64,000 nucleotides of DNA, taken from assembly GCA_052426225.1 (NCBI GenBank), contig JBNJNM010000012.1, positions 1,426,001 through 1,490,000 on the forward strand, given 5' to 3'. The stretch is from Zancudomyces culisetae HAW-14-8. Its lineage: Eukaryota > Fungi > Kickxellomycota. The notes beneath the pieces were generated by a model. It was not told the origin of the DNA and searched no databases. It was given only the letters and a program-made list of their open reading frames with translations. The number at the start of each line of letters is the position of its first letter. The first letter of the stretch is position 1. The translations under genes and the position numbers were made by a program. Shown here one piece after another: positions 9,444 to 21,075 of this stretch.

Positions 9444-11049
9444 CAGTGACTCAAAAAATTGTTCAAATGTTTTTGATGTTCATTCAAAAATTAGTATATC
9501 TCACGAATAATATATCGTATCACTATAAAAATTACAATTATTATACATTAATATACCATGTATTACCTATCATAATTTTAGAATACTTGAACCAGCCAAT
9601 CAACTGTAGTTAAACTTTTTGTAATAATATTTTATTTGAACAATTTTCTTGCTAATATTAAAAAAATTATATAAACTTAATTAAACTAGTATTTAGTATA
9701 TCACCCCTGGCTTTCAATACTATAAAATCTTGATATATGTTACTGCGAAGCGACATACACTCGTCACGTGTATATTATTCCACTCGTCTTGTACGCGGTC
9801 CCATAGTTCGTTTATCCCTTTTGGTGCATTTTCGTGATTTGATAGCCGTCTTTTCAAATTGACCCATAGATGTTCAATTGTATTTAGGTCAGGTGACTGC
9901 GCTGGCCAGTCAAGCACCTGAATTGAGTTAGTTTGCACCATTCTTTAGTAATTTTCGCGGTGTGTTTTGGATCGTTATCATGCTGAAAAGTTGTACTTTC
10001 CCTGTCTAAGTTGTACCACTCCATTGATTTTACCAGTATGTCTTCAAGAATATCACAGTACACTTCTGCATTAAGTCCGCAATCAATTTTAGTAAGATAT
10101 CCTGGGCCTTCTGAAGTCATGCTTCCCATATCTTGATTAAAACCTCCACCATGATTTAAAGTTTTTTTAACATGATTCAGTTTTAACTGGCTCTCTTGTA
10201 TTTTCCATCACCACATGCGCCCATCTGACCCAAATCTGTTAATAATAGTCTCGTCAGACCATATCACACGTTTTCAGTCTTTTACAGTCCAATGCTGATA
10301 TTTTTTAGCAAATGCAAGTCGTTGTTTAATATGGCCTAATTTTAGCTTAGGTTTTTTGACCTTAGGTTTTGCACTTAAACCATTTTTATTCAAGCTATTC
10401 CGCACTGTTTGAGGAACTACATATACGAGGCCATTATTCTTGAGAAATTTTGTAGCTTCAGTCGCTGTATCATATTGTCCAGACGTAATTTTCCGAATTT
10501 TTAATCGTTCATTTGCTTTTGTCAATTTATTTGGGCTGCCAGGTGATAAATTTTTTATTGATGGACGATACTTTTTTTTTATGTTAGTGATTGTTCCTTT
10601 ACTTATAGTTAGTTTTAATGGTATTTGGCTATATTAGTATCAATTATCCAGCTGATTTATAACTCACCAAATTTTTTCATTATTGAGTTTTTTCATCGTA
10701 TTTAAATTGATCAAAAATTTATAATAATAATATAATGTATTGTGTAGATAATTGTTAGTTATTTTTAGTAACAATATATTTTATAAATGATATCTAACAT
10801 TTTGAAAAAGATATCACCAAAATTGATAATTTTAATTTACAACCAAAATATTGTTCAAATAAAATATTATTACAAAAAGTTTAACTACAGTTGATTGGCT
10901 GGTTCTAGTAATCTAAAAATTTGATAGGTAATACATGGTATATGGATGTATAATATTTGTAAAATTTATAGTGATACGATATTGTATTCGTGAGATATAA
11001 TAATTTTTTAATTAACATCAAAAAAATTTATACAATTTTTGAGTCACTG
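9444..11049 (-). mobile_element. Tc1/mariner DNA transposon, full length but defective
   Basis: TA-CAGTGACTCAAAAA...TTTTTGAGTCACTG-TA termini; imperfect TIRs of about 200 bp (9444-~9646 and ~10845-11049); internal transposase remnants. Confidence 0.95.
9686..10696 (-). pseudogene. Tc1-type DD34E transposase, disrupted
   Basis: Fragments in several frames: TVRNSL..GL HTH region, RLAFAKKYQHWT, IWSDET, FQHDNDPKH, WPAQSPDLNTIEHLW; stops and frameshifts between fragments. Confidence 0.92.
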
Positions 11050-14000
11050 TAAATTAATAAGCATTAAACGAATTTTCAGTGTCTTCATTTCGATTAGCCA
11101 ACTGCTTTAGGTATTAAGGATGTATGCTATAATCCAAATAATGAGTGTTGTATTAAGCGCTTTGCGTTCTTTTCTTAAATTTTGACCACTAAAGTTTATC
11201 GCTTTAGCATAGTACATTATGAATAATACAAATCTATATTTGTATTTTGTTTTAAAAGATACTCTGCAAACTGTAATTCATTAACATTGAGATTTAATAA
11301 AAAATTTGACGAATTAGTTGTTTGAACTATATTTGAGATATTGTTTCATTTTAAGATTTAATGCCTATTGTCACGAATGACACTAGATACTATTGTTGCT
11401 CGAAAATATATTATTTAGGATAAGATAATATTTTATCGCTAAGGATTTCATAGCGAAAAAATATTACTTTATATATTCAATAAATATTACTAATAAAAAC
11501 ATGTACTAATATTATAACTAACTATTGTAAGATTAATGTTATAATTATAATTTTGGTTTTGTGTTAGTATCATTACCTAAGTAAATGATTAAAACAACAA
11601 AATGTTTCAATTAATTAAGTGTTTTGAATCAGTATTGTAACAATACTAATTCAAAATCTTTTCATGTCATATTCATGACACCTATAAACTGTATGTTATC
11701 ATTTATTTCGCTATAAATTTAATAAGGGCGCATCAAATTATTAATTGTTGTTTAATAAACAAAATTTCAGTTTTCAATAATTGAAGTAATTTGACATTAT
11801 AATGTATAATCAAATTATTACATTTTCTATTATTTTAAGAATTATTTAAATTTTATTTACTTGATAGGAAATTTAACAAAATGCAGTATATTAAGCATTG
11901 AATTTAACTGTTGCATGTTCGAATTTCAAATAATGATTAACCAGTATGAAATTTACTTAATTGGTTAAATACAGTTATCTGTTTGTACAGAGTTAAACTA
12001 TATTGTAAGCCCATCCTATTACTCAACATTACTAACTGAAAAATATTTAAAATTAATAGAATAAACTGGATGTTCAAATATAACCACGATACACGCAAAT
12101 GAAATTATCTTTTGACACTAGCTAAGTAACTATTTACATGTTACTTTTGCATTATAAAAAAATTATATTTTACTAATTAAAACTTATATAGAACACAGCG
12201 TAGACAGATCAGACTATGTCATTGGTAATAATCTTACAAAAAATATACAATGGTTTTTAGTGGTACTAGCATACTAGAGTAGCTAATAGTGACTCAAGTG
12301 ATATGACGTTAATCATTTAATACTTTTTACTAGTTAATTTCTACAATTAACTTTCGATTATAATTGCATATATAAAGTATAACGTTAGCAAGGGGTCTTG
12401 GCTAAATTTAAAATCTGTTAGCATTTTATAACAATATTAGTGTCTGATTCATATTTCAAGATATAATCTAGAGTATAATTTAACTATCCACTCACTATTA
12501 TGTTAATTTTAATTCAAATTTATATTGGAACTGGTTTATCATTTCTATTAACTTTTATTCTCAGCTTTTGAAATCAGCTAATGGGCAGACGATATAATTA
12601 AATTTGTAATACTTTATTTCAAGCAGTGAAATGGTGTATATTAACAGTAAAAGCGTCAAAAACATCAAATAAAGTATAGTTTTTTAGGCATAAAAGTGTG
12701 GGGGACAGGAGGAATTGCAATGTTGGTTAGCAACTATTTATCAATTGGATGGTTACTTTGAACAAGTACCTAGCACTTTGCTACAAATGGTGGTAAACCC
12801 GAATTTAACTATCTTTTAGATTTTTCCAGAACAAGAACCTCCGTCATGGATCTCCTTATAGTACAAAAATTCAAGAATACAAAAGACCAAAATAAATACA
12901 TTCAGAAATTAAAATAAGCTGAATATTTACCTTTTAAATTAATAATACTAAGAGCACGCTACTCCATGCTATCTTGTATAAAGTGTAATGATGGATGATT
13001 TATCAATAGATAATATATATTGAATCAATCGACACATCCAAATTGCAGAAAATACAACATAAATAAACAATAAGATTTAGGCTAGGTTACACCATATAAC
13101 TTTTGGCATCGTTCTTGTAAATTCAATTTTGTATTTTTATCCGCATTAAAGATGGTGACAAAAGCGTTAAAATTATGGGCTTTACCAGAGATAATAGTGC
13201 ATACATACACTTGTCATCATAAACACCAATCAGGCTTATTGATGCTGCGATTTTTGTTAACAATAATACAGCTTTTGTTTCCAAGTTTTAAAATATGGTT
13301 TTTTCTTAGTGGGTTTTTTGAAATACAATTTTCTTCAATATTACATTTAAAATCTTAGGCTATGCTATAATTTGAGTTGGGAAGCTTAGATGTAGTTAAC
13401 AATAACTCTACTTTTTATAATGTTAATAAAAAATCATATTTACAATAACAAACAAAATAGTAGTGAGAAAAAAAGGTAAATGTATATTAACATTCCCAAA
13501 CATTATTCTTTATATCCAAACTTTGCTGTTTTTAACAAACATCGCATAATAATACTAATTTTGAGAATATTTAAACTAGTGGCTTCTATTGTTACCGAAT
13601 TAATAAAGTAATTTTAAATACATTTTCTAATATTCATCTGACTAAAATAGTAAAATAAATATTCTGGTGAGATGCCTGACTTCATTTTTGTTTGTTCGGG
13701 ACCTATTTTATGTTAAGTAATCATCCATTCTTGTTAATTGTTAAATCTGGACTCTCACTCTACTAAATATACAGTTTGGTTTATATTTTGAATTAGTGAA
13801 TGTATGTACCACAATCACAACACAAATATTAATCTCGTGTAGTTTTTCTCTAGATTGGAAAAACAAAGATATAAAAAGACTGAACCAAATGAATGACAAG
13901 TTAATTATAATCATACACTTATGGAACCCCTTCTGAACAAGAAATATAAGTTTTATTCCTTACACCTCAGTTCGCTTGACATTAAATTCCAAACTTGATT

Positions 14001-14342
14001 ATCTTCAAGTTATAAACCCCATTGTAGAAATCGGTGATTCTCATGACCCTCTTTACTTTTGTGCGGGTTTGAATTGGATAGCACCCATTATGCACGTTTA
14101 ACGTATTAAAAAATATAAAAAAGTAGACGATTTTGTGCTAGATCTCAAGGAAAAAAATTAATTGCACTGAGCTGTTAACACTATATAGCAAAATAGGTTA
14201 GAGAAACAAATGTCTACACTACAAAAATAACACTATTGTGGATAATGAGGAAAATAAGTAGAACTATAGATAATGCATCCTGTTAGCTTTAAAATGGTAA
14301 ATTATAAATTATTTTGTACTTATTTGCGATAGTAAAAAAATT

Positions 14343-14350
14343 TATAAATA
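14343..14350 (+). promoter_or_regulatory. Candidate TATA box
   Basis: TATAAATA about 140 bp upstream of the ATG at 14491; the same octamer precedes the other two secreted-protein genes (17670, 57359). The AT-rich background weakens the call. Confidence 0.4.
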
Positions 14351-14490
14351 CCTGCATTTGCAACACCTCGCTGATAGTTAAAACATCTGAGTCCACTTTT
14401 AAAGCTAAAAGCCTGTAATACATTATAGTACTGTATTTTTAAACTTTTTACAAACAAACATACCAAATATAATTCAAGAAACTAAAGAGA

Positions 14491-15861
14491 ATGATGGCGC
14501 TTAAATTGACAATTGGAAAGCTGGTTATAACTGCATTACTTTATTCCGCTTGTGCAAACAGTATGCATCCAATGGGAATGGTAAATGAGAATCTAAACTC
14601 AGGTATTCCACTCAAAAGAAGTAGTAATTCTAGATATAACCGCTACAAATTACGCGATAATGGAAATAATGATTACGGCTATCAGATGCAGCCGGTATAT
14701 AATGGCAATGAAAACTATGGGAACGGCAACGGATTAGGATATAACATTTATACAGCAGTTGGTAGTACACCAGTGGAGTCATCATCACCTAACACACAAT
14801 CTGCTGCTACTGGAACTGGTGGCATAGGTGGAGATGGTGCAAAAGATGATGGAAAAGATAATCGAAAAGATGGAGTGGATAATGAAAAGAATGATAGACA
14901 AGATGGAAAAAATGACAGAAAAGACAATTACAGAGATAATGAAAGAGACGATAGAAGGGATGATGAAAGGGGTGATGGAAGGGGTGATGGAAGGGGTGAT
15001 GGAAGGGGTGATGGAAGAGATAGTTACAGGGATGATTACAGGAGTAATTACAGGAGTGATTACAGGGGCAATTACAGGGGCGATTACAGGGGCGATTACA
15101 GGGGCGATTACAGAGACGGCTACAGAGACGGCTACAGAGTTGATAGAAGACATGGTTATAGAGACTATGGAAGAGGTGGCTACAGAGTTGATAGAAGGCA
15201 TGGATACGGAGATGGTGAAAGATACGGATACAGAGATGATGAAAGATATGATGAAAGATATGATGGAAGATATGATGGAAGATATGATGGAAGATATGAT
15301 GGAAGATATGAATACGGAAACAATTACAGAGATGATAGAGATTGGAGAGATGATAGAAGAGACAATTACAGAGATAGGAGAGATAGTGGAAGAGGTGATG
15401 GAAAAGATGATGGAAAAGGTGATGGAAGAGATGATTGGAGAGACGATAGAAGAGATGGTGGAAGAGGTGATGGAAAAGGTGATGGAAAAGGTGATGGAAG
15501 AGACGATAGAAGAGACGATAGAAGAGGTGATGGAAGAGGTGATGGAAAAGGTGATGGAAGAGACGATAGAAGAGACAATAGAAGAGATGATTGGAGAGAC
15601 GATAGAAGAGATGGTGGAAGAGACGATAGAAGAGATGGTGGAAGAGATGGTGGAAGAGATGGTGGAAGAGATGGTGGAAGAGATGGTGGAAGAGATGATA
15701 GAGATTGGAGAGATGATAGAAGAGACAATTACAGAGATAGGAGAGATGGTGGAAGAGGTGATGGAAGAGGTGATGGAAGAGACGATAGAAGAGATGATGA
15801 GAATTACCAATTTCGGGCAGGCACAGCAAAGTTACTCGACATTTTTAACTTGCTTAAATAA
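14491..15861 (+). CDS. Secreted Arg/Asp/Gly/Tyr-rich repeat protein (456 aa)
   Basis: Hydrophobic signal peptide (LVITALLYSACA), KR site, unique N- and C-termini around 12-bp (4-aa) repeats RGDG, RGDY, RYDG, RDDR, RDGG. Confidence 0.85.
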   Translation: MMALKLTIGKLVITALLYSACANSMHPMGMVNENLNSGIPLKRSSNSRYNRYKLRDNGNNDYGYQMQPVYNGNENYGNGNGLGYNIYTAVGSTPVESSSPNTQSAATGTGGIGGDGAKDDGKDNRKDGVDNEKNDRQDGKNDRKDNYRDNERDDRRDDERGDGRGDGRGDGRGDGRDSYRDDYRSNYRSDYRGNYRGDYRGDYRGDYRDGYRDGYRVDRRHGYRDYGRGGYRVDRRHGYGDGERYGYRDDERYDERYDGRYDGRYDGRYDGRYEYGNNYRDDRDWRDDRRDNYRDRRDSGRGDGKDDGKGDGRDDWRDDRRDGGRGDGKGDGKGDGRDDRRDDRRGDGRGDGKGDGRDDRRDNRRDDWRDDRRDGGRDDRRDGGRDGGRDGGRDGGRDGGRDDRDWRDDRRDNYRDRRDGGRGDGRGDGRDDRRDDENYQFRAGTAKLLDIFNLLK

Positions 15862-17882
15862 TCAAATTATACATTGGTTAGATTTGGAATTGTATCAGCA
15901 TGTACAATGATGTTATTTTTATCTGCTTCATTTCACGCAAACCACCTAAACTTATCTGATTTTGATTTTGATAGGCAAGTATTGTATTCCTAGTTTTTCT
16001 AAATTGCAGAACTTCATTTGCTATATTGCCTTTTTTTATTTACTGGTCGCTTTTTTCTCTGGTAGCATCTACTGAACCTTATGTATAAACTCCAAGCCAT
16101 CATACCCTTGAAAAGCGTATTTTATCATGTATTTAAGCTTTTGCAAACATTTTATCCACTAAGTACCTTAGCTAAATACAATACATTTCAACTATACACG
16201 AGTTTCAATTTCCCGTATGCTTTAAAAGAAGTGAATTTTATTGTAAATTTTTGTTCAGAGCTATCTAATTTTATAAAAATATGCTATTGATTCTCTTGTG
16301 TATCAGGTTAATCGGTTTAGTGCCTTTTACATTATATCCACTTCTACTCAAATATACACCATTCAAATTTTACTGTTTACTAAACTTTTTATATTTAAAC
16401 TGTAAACATGTATCATAATTGATTTATATTGACTGAATAAGCTTAGTGTAAATGTGAGAGCTTTTAATTTTTGCCAAAGTACACTTGGTTTAAGCCATGT
16501 AGAGTTATTGGTTTATTTAATACGGTTAGTTTCCACAACAATATCTCCGATAACAGCAATGTAAATTAAAAATTTTATGCTTTAATAAAGTACAATTTAT
16601 GTATAAATATGAATTCAAGTTCAGACTGTTGACAATAGCCAAGTGCCAACTCAAAAACCATTAATTTTAAATTAACTCATTTTTTTACTCAGCCTACACA
16701 CCAGCTTAGTTGCGTCAGTTTATTTCATATCTCAAGTATTTCATTTCAAAATTTTGTTTATTAACAAAATATTTATAGAATAAAACACATCAAACCGAGC
16801 ATGATATTCAATAAAACAACTTGAAATACGACTCATATAAACGCCATTTAATGTTGTGGTGAAAATGTTATCAAAGATTTAACTAAATTTAATATTCGAT
16901 TCGGGTATATTCAGTGAACATTTAATCAAACGGAACTTACGGATACTCTTTCAGTTGTTTCTGGGATAAAACTTATACAATTAAAATTTTATATTCTGAA
17001 TCATAGCTGTTTTTGCCTTTTATGAAATCGATTTGACCAGTTTGAATTTGTTTCTGGTTTATTCAAGCTTCAATAAGTTGTATCTTGCTTACCACTATTT
17101 TATTTAGCGGTAGAACTTGACCGTATATACTCATAGAAATTTTAAGCTATCTAAAGTTCAACTATAGTACTTATTATTATTTCTTATCTACGAACCCTGT
17201 CTTGAGTACCAAGTATTTTGCTGATTATATATTAATTGTAATTTATATGTTTTTTAACTTTTCTAAACCGATACTAGTCATTAATCAAATCGTATAGTTG
17301 GTAACTTTAATTTCCGTTTACATTTTCTCTTATGATAATATCTAGCATATAAAAAAAAATACTGAATGTAAGTTTCGATACGTTTCTATATTAAATATTC
17401 AAGTTTTATCTATTCTATAGACGTTAAACAATGAAAAGTAATAAATCAAGTACATATAATAATAATATAGCTTTAAAACGAATTGTGTTTTAATACGGAG
17501 TTGAGTTACTCAATGTTATTAATATTATTAAAAATAGCTAAAAATTCATTCAATGTTTGGTTAAATTAACTGCCATTATGACTCTCTCATCAACCAGGCT
17601 AGTTTCTAAAATTAGCAATTATCCTGAACTAGTATTTGTTAATATATTTTAGTTAAGATTTTTTTTCTCTATAAATATTACACTTGGCAGAAAAATTAAG
17701 CTAAATGTATAGCAACGATCAAGAAATTCCAACTTGGTGGAGTTCAAATTGTTATTTTTTTGCTATAACTACCATTGCTATAATACCACATCAAAAGTCT
17801 GTAAACATTTTATAGAGATTGCTTTTAATAAGGTTCAAATTATTTCTACTACTATAATCTGAATTCAAATAACACTGAAAAT

Positions 17883-18470
17883 ATGTATTTAACAAATATC
17901 TTATTGACTATACTGACTATAAAATCAGTCATCACTGCATTTCCAGGCGATGATAGAGATCTTATCTTAGAGTTGGCAGAATATAGCAAAATTGGCACTG
18001 ATTATGGACTATATACTACAGAGCGCGTTGTGCTTGATGCAATATACGAACTTGATCCATATGAGTTGGATAGTACGATATTGGGGTACAAATTGATTCC
18101 ATTTGAGAACCAGGATCTTATGGAGATGCATCCTAAGACTCTTTTTGCATTAAAAGAAATATGCGATAATGAATATGGTAATGTTGTCACAACTGTATTT
18201 TGGTATGGTAAGGAAGCTAGGGTAAACAATTCACAAAATGGATACAACTGCACTTATCCGTATTATTTGGCACCTAAGATTTACAATTATATGACATCGT
18301 ATTTCGAGGAAAAATATTTCATTTCAATTACATTTTGCATTTCTGGTGACGCGTATCTTACTTTCCATAAATATTTAACCACTGAAGGTGGAGATCGCCA
18401 AAAGATTCTTAATAAGCCAAATATCGATAATTGCGTTTCATTACTATTGTCACCAATAAGGGCACACTGA
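17883..18470 (+). CDS. Small secreted protein of unknown function (195 aa, 4 Cys)
   Basis: Signal peptide MYLTNILLTILTIKSVITA; globular composition; no recognised motif. Confidence 0.75.
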   Translation: MYLTNILLTILTIKSVITAFPGDDRDLILELAEYSKIGTDYGLYTTERVVLDAIYELDPYELDSTILGYKLIPFENQDLMEMHPKTLFALKEICDNEYGNVVTTVFWYGKEARVNNSQNGYNCTYPYYLAPKIYNYMTSYFEEKYFISITFCISGDAYLTFHKYLTTEGGDRQKILNKPNIDNCVSLLLSPIRAH

Positions 18471-18864
18471 TTGATGAGCAAAGAATGATTTTGGTTTATG
18501 TACTAGCTAATAATTCTGGTTTTTTGCTAGTGGATGCAGAATGAGGGAAAGAGACTAAAGAGTATATATTTTCCTTTATCAGCCATTTTTTTTAGTATAT
18601 ATTGTTAAAGTTCTGAATAAATAAGGATCGGATTTAAATAACAGGATCGATAGAAATTTTAAATTTGTAGAAGAGTTACTATTGAATTGGGGGTAGCTAG
18701 GTGGAATAAATTAATAATAAATAACAGTAGAGACTTATAAATTAGTTGGTAAATGGTATAAAATAATTCATAAATATTGGAAATAATATAGGTATTAATA
18801 CATTTAAAAATTGAATGAGGAAATAAAAAGAAAAAATGAATAAAATACAATAATATAGAATGAA

Positions 18865-21075
18865 TTATGGCGAGCAAGTGGAGGTAGGAGCGGCAGTAGC
18901 AACACCGATTATAGAAATGAAGCGGGAATCATTAATGCTAGAGTCAGATATGTTTGAGGATACACTGATAATAGACAAGGTGTTTATGCGACTAGTATGG
19001 TTAATTGAGGGGGAGCGGTGAGAAATAATAGGATGAAGCTTGTTAGGGTTACTGACAAAATTGCAAGAAGAGGCGCTCGTAACGGAAGTAATATGGTGAT
19101 TAGGAGGGGAGATGGGATCATTTATAGCGTTGTGGAGAGTGCGAAGAGAGGGTTCATTGGTGGGAGAGGATTTGGAGTTGATTAGGGAGTTGAGGAGCTC
19201 TAACCAATGAATAGTTTGGAAGTGGTTATTTAATTTCAAGTAGAAATAAAAGCAGTTTAAAGGAGCATATCTGGCATATTGGCTAGGTTTGGGCGAATAA
19301 TGATCATAATGATGATTTGGAGAAGAATCCAAAAAGGTCTCAGACAAAAAAGGGTTTAAAAGACGTACAGAATCATAATAGAGATCGGATATTTTGGTTG
19401 AAGGGGTATCACAGTCCGAAGAAAATACCAACTCGATTACATTGGATAGCAGCTGAGAGTTGAAGGCAGAAACTTTTGCATGTTTTAAATAAGCAAAACT
19501 AAGGGTGATACCATTGGTAAGGCTGGTATCACTAATATTACAAGAAGAATAGGCGGAAGTGTTGTTTTTGTTGATGTGAATTCCGGTAGCGGTTAGTTGA
19601 ACGTTTGTAAACGTAGTGATTTCTTCGGTGCTGTTACAACATTGAGTATCGAAACAACCAGTGTTGTTTGGTGCCGTTGAAATGCTAATTAGTGTGTTGA
19701 AGTTGTATATGCTAGAATTGCTGAGTTCACTAATTATTGGTTGAACCTCCGGATGAAAAAAGGTTGGTTGTGTTTTAGCAAATGTTAAAGTCTGTTCGTT
19801 CGACTTTATAAATCCATCAAAACACGACGCGAACCTGTTTGTGAATGAATCTTGTCGCTGACCTGATGGTAAAAACCGATTAGTCTGCTTATCACGAGAG
19901 TCGCCTTTTACACCCACTTCTATGATGTCATATTTGAATGTTATTTCCGCACATGATATTGAAAATCTAGGAGGCTTTATCTTATACTTTCTTAACTCGC
20001 GCACTGCATTGATCTGAACATCAAGCACACCCGCCGACTGCCAGTCTTGTAAAATCAAATCCAGTTCGTTTTTTGCGTATCTTTTATGGTTGACGATGCG
20101 CACAGGCGTAACTATATCTTTCTCTTTGATTTTGATCTGCTTCTTATTCATTACAGTTGAAATTTTATCTAGAGCAGTCTCCATTTCTTTTGACTTTCCT
20201 CGGTTTCTAATCTCGTCAAACTTACTCAACCCTAATCTACCCATCAACTTTTTTGATTTTTCCTGTTGAGGAAATAAATGTTCTACAGCTTCTGTCTTAG
20301 CTCTCGTTTTAACTTCTATTTTAAATCCTATCGTATAGTCGTATTCAACTACCACTATACCTTTGAAATCTTCGATTGGGTCATTATCGATGCTTTCGTT
20401 CGGGTTAAGCCTGGAAAGTCTGTGACTTTTTTTGAGTTTTCTTGGTAGGTTCATTATTATATTCTGTCTCTCTGTACCAATGCAGCATATAGCCTCGATA
20501 CCTTTCTTGAAGTTTTTAAATTCAATATCCTCTACTTTTATTACTAAAAACTTGCGAGTACTAATTGGTGGAAATATATCGTGAAAAGTCGAAGTACTCT
20601 TTTCGGTATTAGCTGAAAATCTCATATCTATATTTCTGCTCTTCAGGTTCTTGTTCTTGTTTTTATTTTTATTCTTTTGAAAAAGTTTTTTTAAAAGGGA
20701 GCCCTTGGGTTCATTACCATGGTCAAATTCACTTTGAAGGTTCTGCACTCCTACCATTTGGAATTCGTTGTCCACTTCTTCTGCGACTACGGTTGAAATG
20801 CTATTACTACTGGATTCAATGTTATGGTCGTTTAAATTGTTGGCTTTAGAGCTTATTTTAAGCTTTTTAAACATATTTCCCAGCGAGTCTCCGGTACGCT
20901 TGAGTTTACTTCTGCTCGTGTTTTTGTACTCGTCGAGTATCAAGGCACTTTTTTTCCGCCCTGGTTCTCGAATATCTTGGCAATCCCATGCATGTACTTT
21001 TTGCACTAGCTGATTGTAAAGTTCGTTATCCTGGATTTTGGATTCGTTTCCAAGTACTATATGAATGTTTTTCAT
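18865..21075 (-). CDS. Hypothetical protein (736 aa), possible C-terminal PH-like domain
   Basis: Long ORF; beta-rich segment ending in YFYLKL...HWLELLNSLI helix typical of PH folds (weak). Confidence 0.75.
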   Translation of the reverse strand: MKNIHIVLGNESKIQDNELYNQLVQKVHAWDCQDIREPGRKKSALILDEYKNTSRSKLKRTGDSLGNMFKKLKISSKANNLNDHNIESSSNSISTVVAEEVDNEFQMVGVQNLQSEFDHGNEPKGSLLKKLFQKNKNKNKNKNLKSRNIDMRFSANTEKSTSTFHDIFPPISTRKFLVIKVEDIEFKNFKKGIEAICCIGTERQNIIMNLPRKLKKSHRLSRLNPNESIDNDPIEDFKGIVVVEYDYTIGFKIEVKTRAKTEAVEHLFPQQEKSKKLMGRLGLSKFDEIRNRGKSKEMETALDKISTVMNKKQIKIKEKDIVTPVRIVNHKRYAKNELDLILQDWQSAGVLDVQINAVRELRKYKIKPPRFSISCAEITFKYDIIEVGVKGDSRDKQTNRFLPSGQRQDSFTNRFASCFDGFIKSNEQTLTFAKTQPTFFHPEVQPIISELSNSSIYNFNTLISISTAPNNTGCFDTQCCNSTEEITTFTNVQLTATGIHINKNNTSAYSSCNISDTSLTNGITLSFAYLKHAKVSAFNSQLLSNVIELVFSSDCDTPSTKISDLYYDSVRLLNPFLSETFLDSSPNHHYDHYSPKPSQYARYAPLNCFYFYLKLNNHFQTIHWLELLNSLINSKSSPTNEPSLRTLHNAINDPISPPNHHITSVTSASSCNFVSNPNKLHPIISHRSPSINHTSRINTLSIISVSSNISDSSINDSRFISIIGVATAAPTSTCSP

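Noticed and set aside
12560-13400. Possible decayed gene or transposase relic (also 2580-3100)
   Set aside because: Coding-like patches but no motif I can recognise; needs TBLASTN.
14785-15910. Four long overlapping ORFs (Met/Glu-, Ser/Ile-, His/Leu/Phe-rich)
   Set aside because: Alternative frames of the 12-bp repeats, which lack stops; only the frame with a signal peptide and unique termini is credible.
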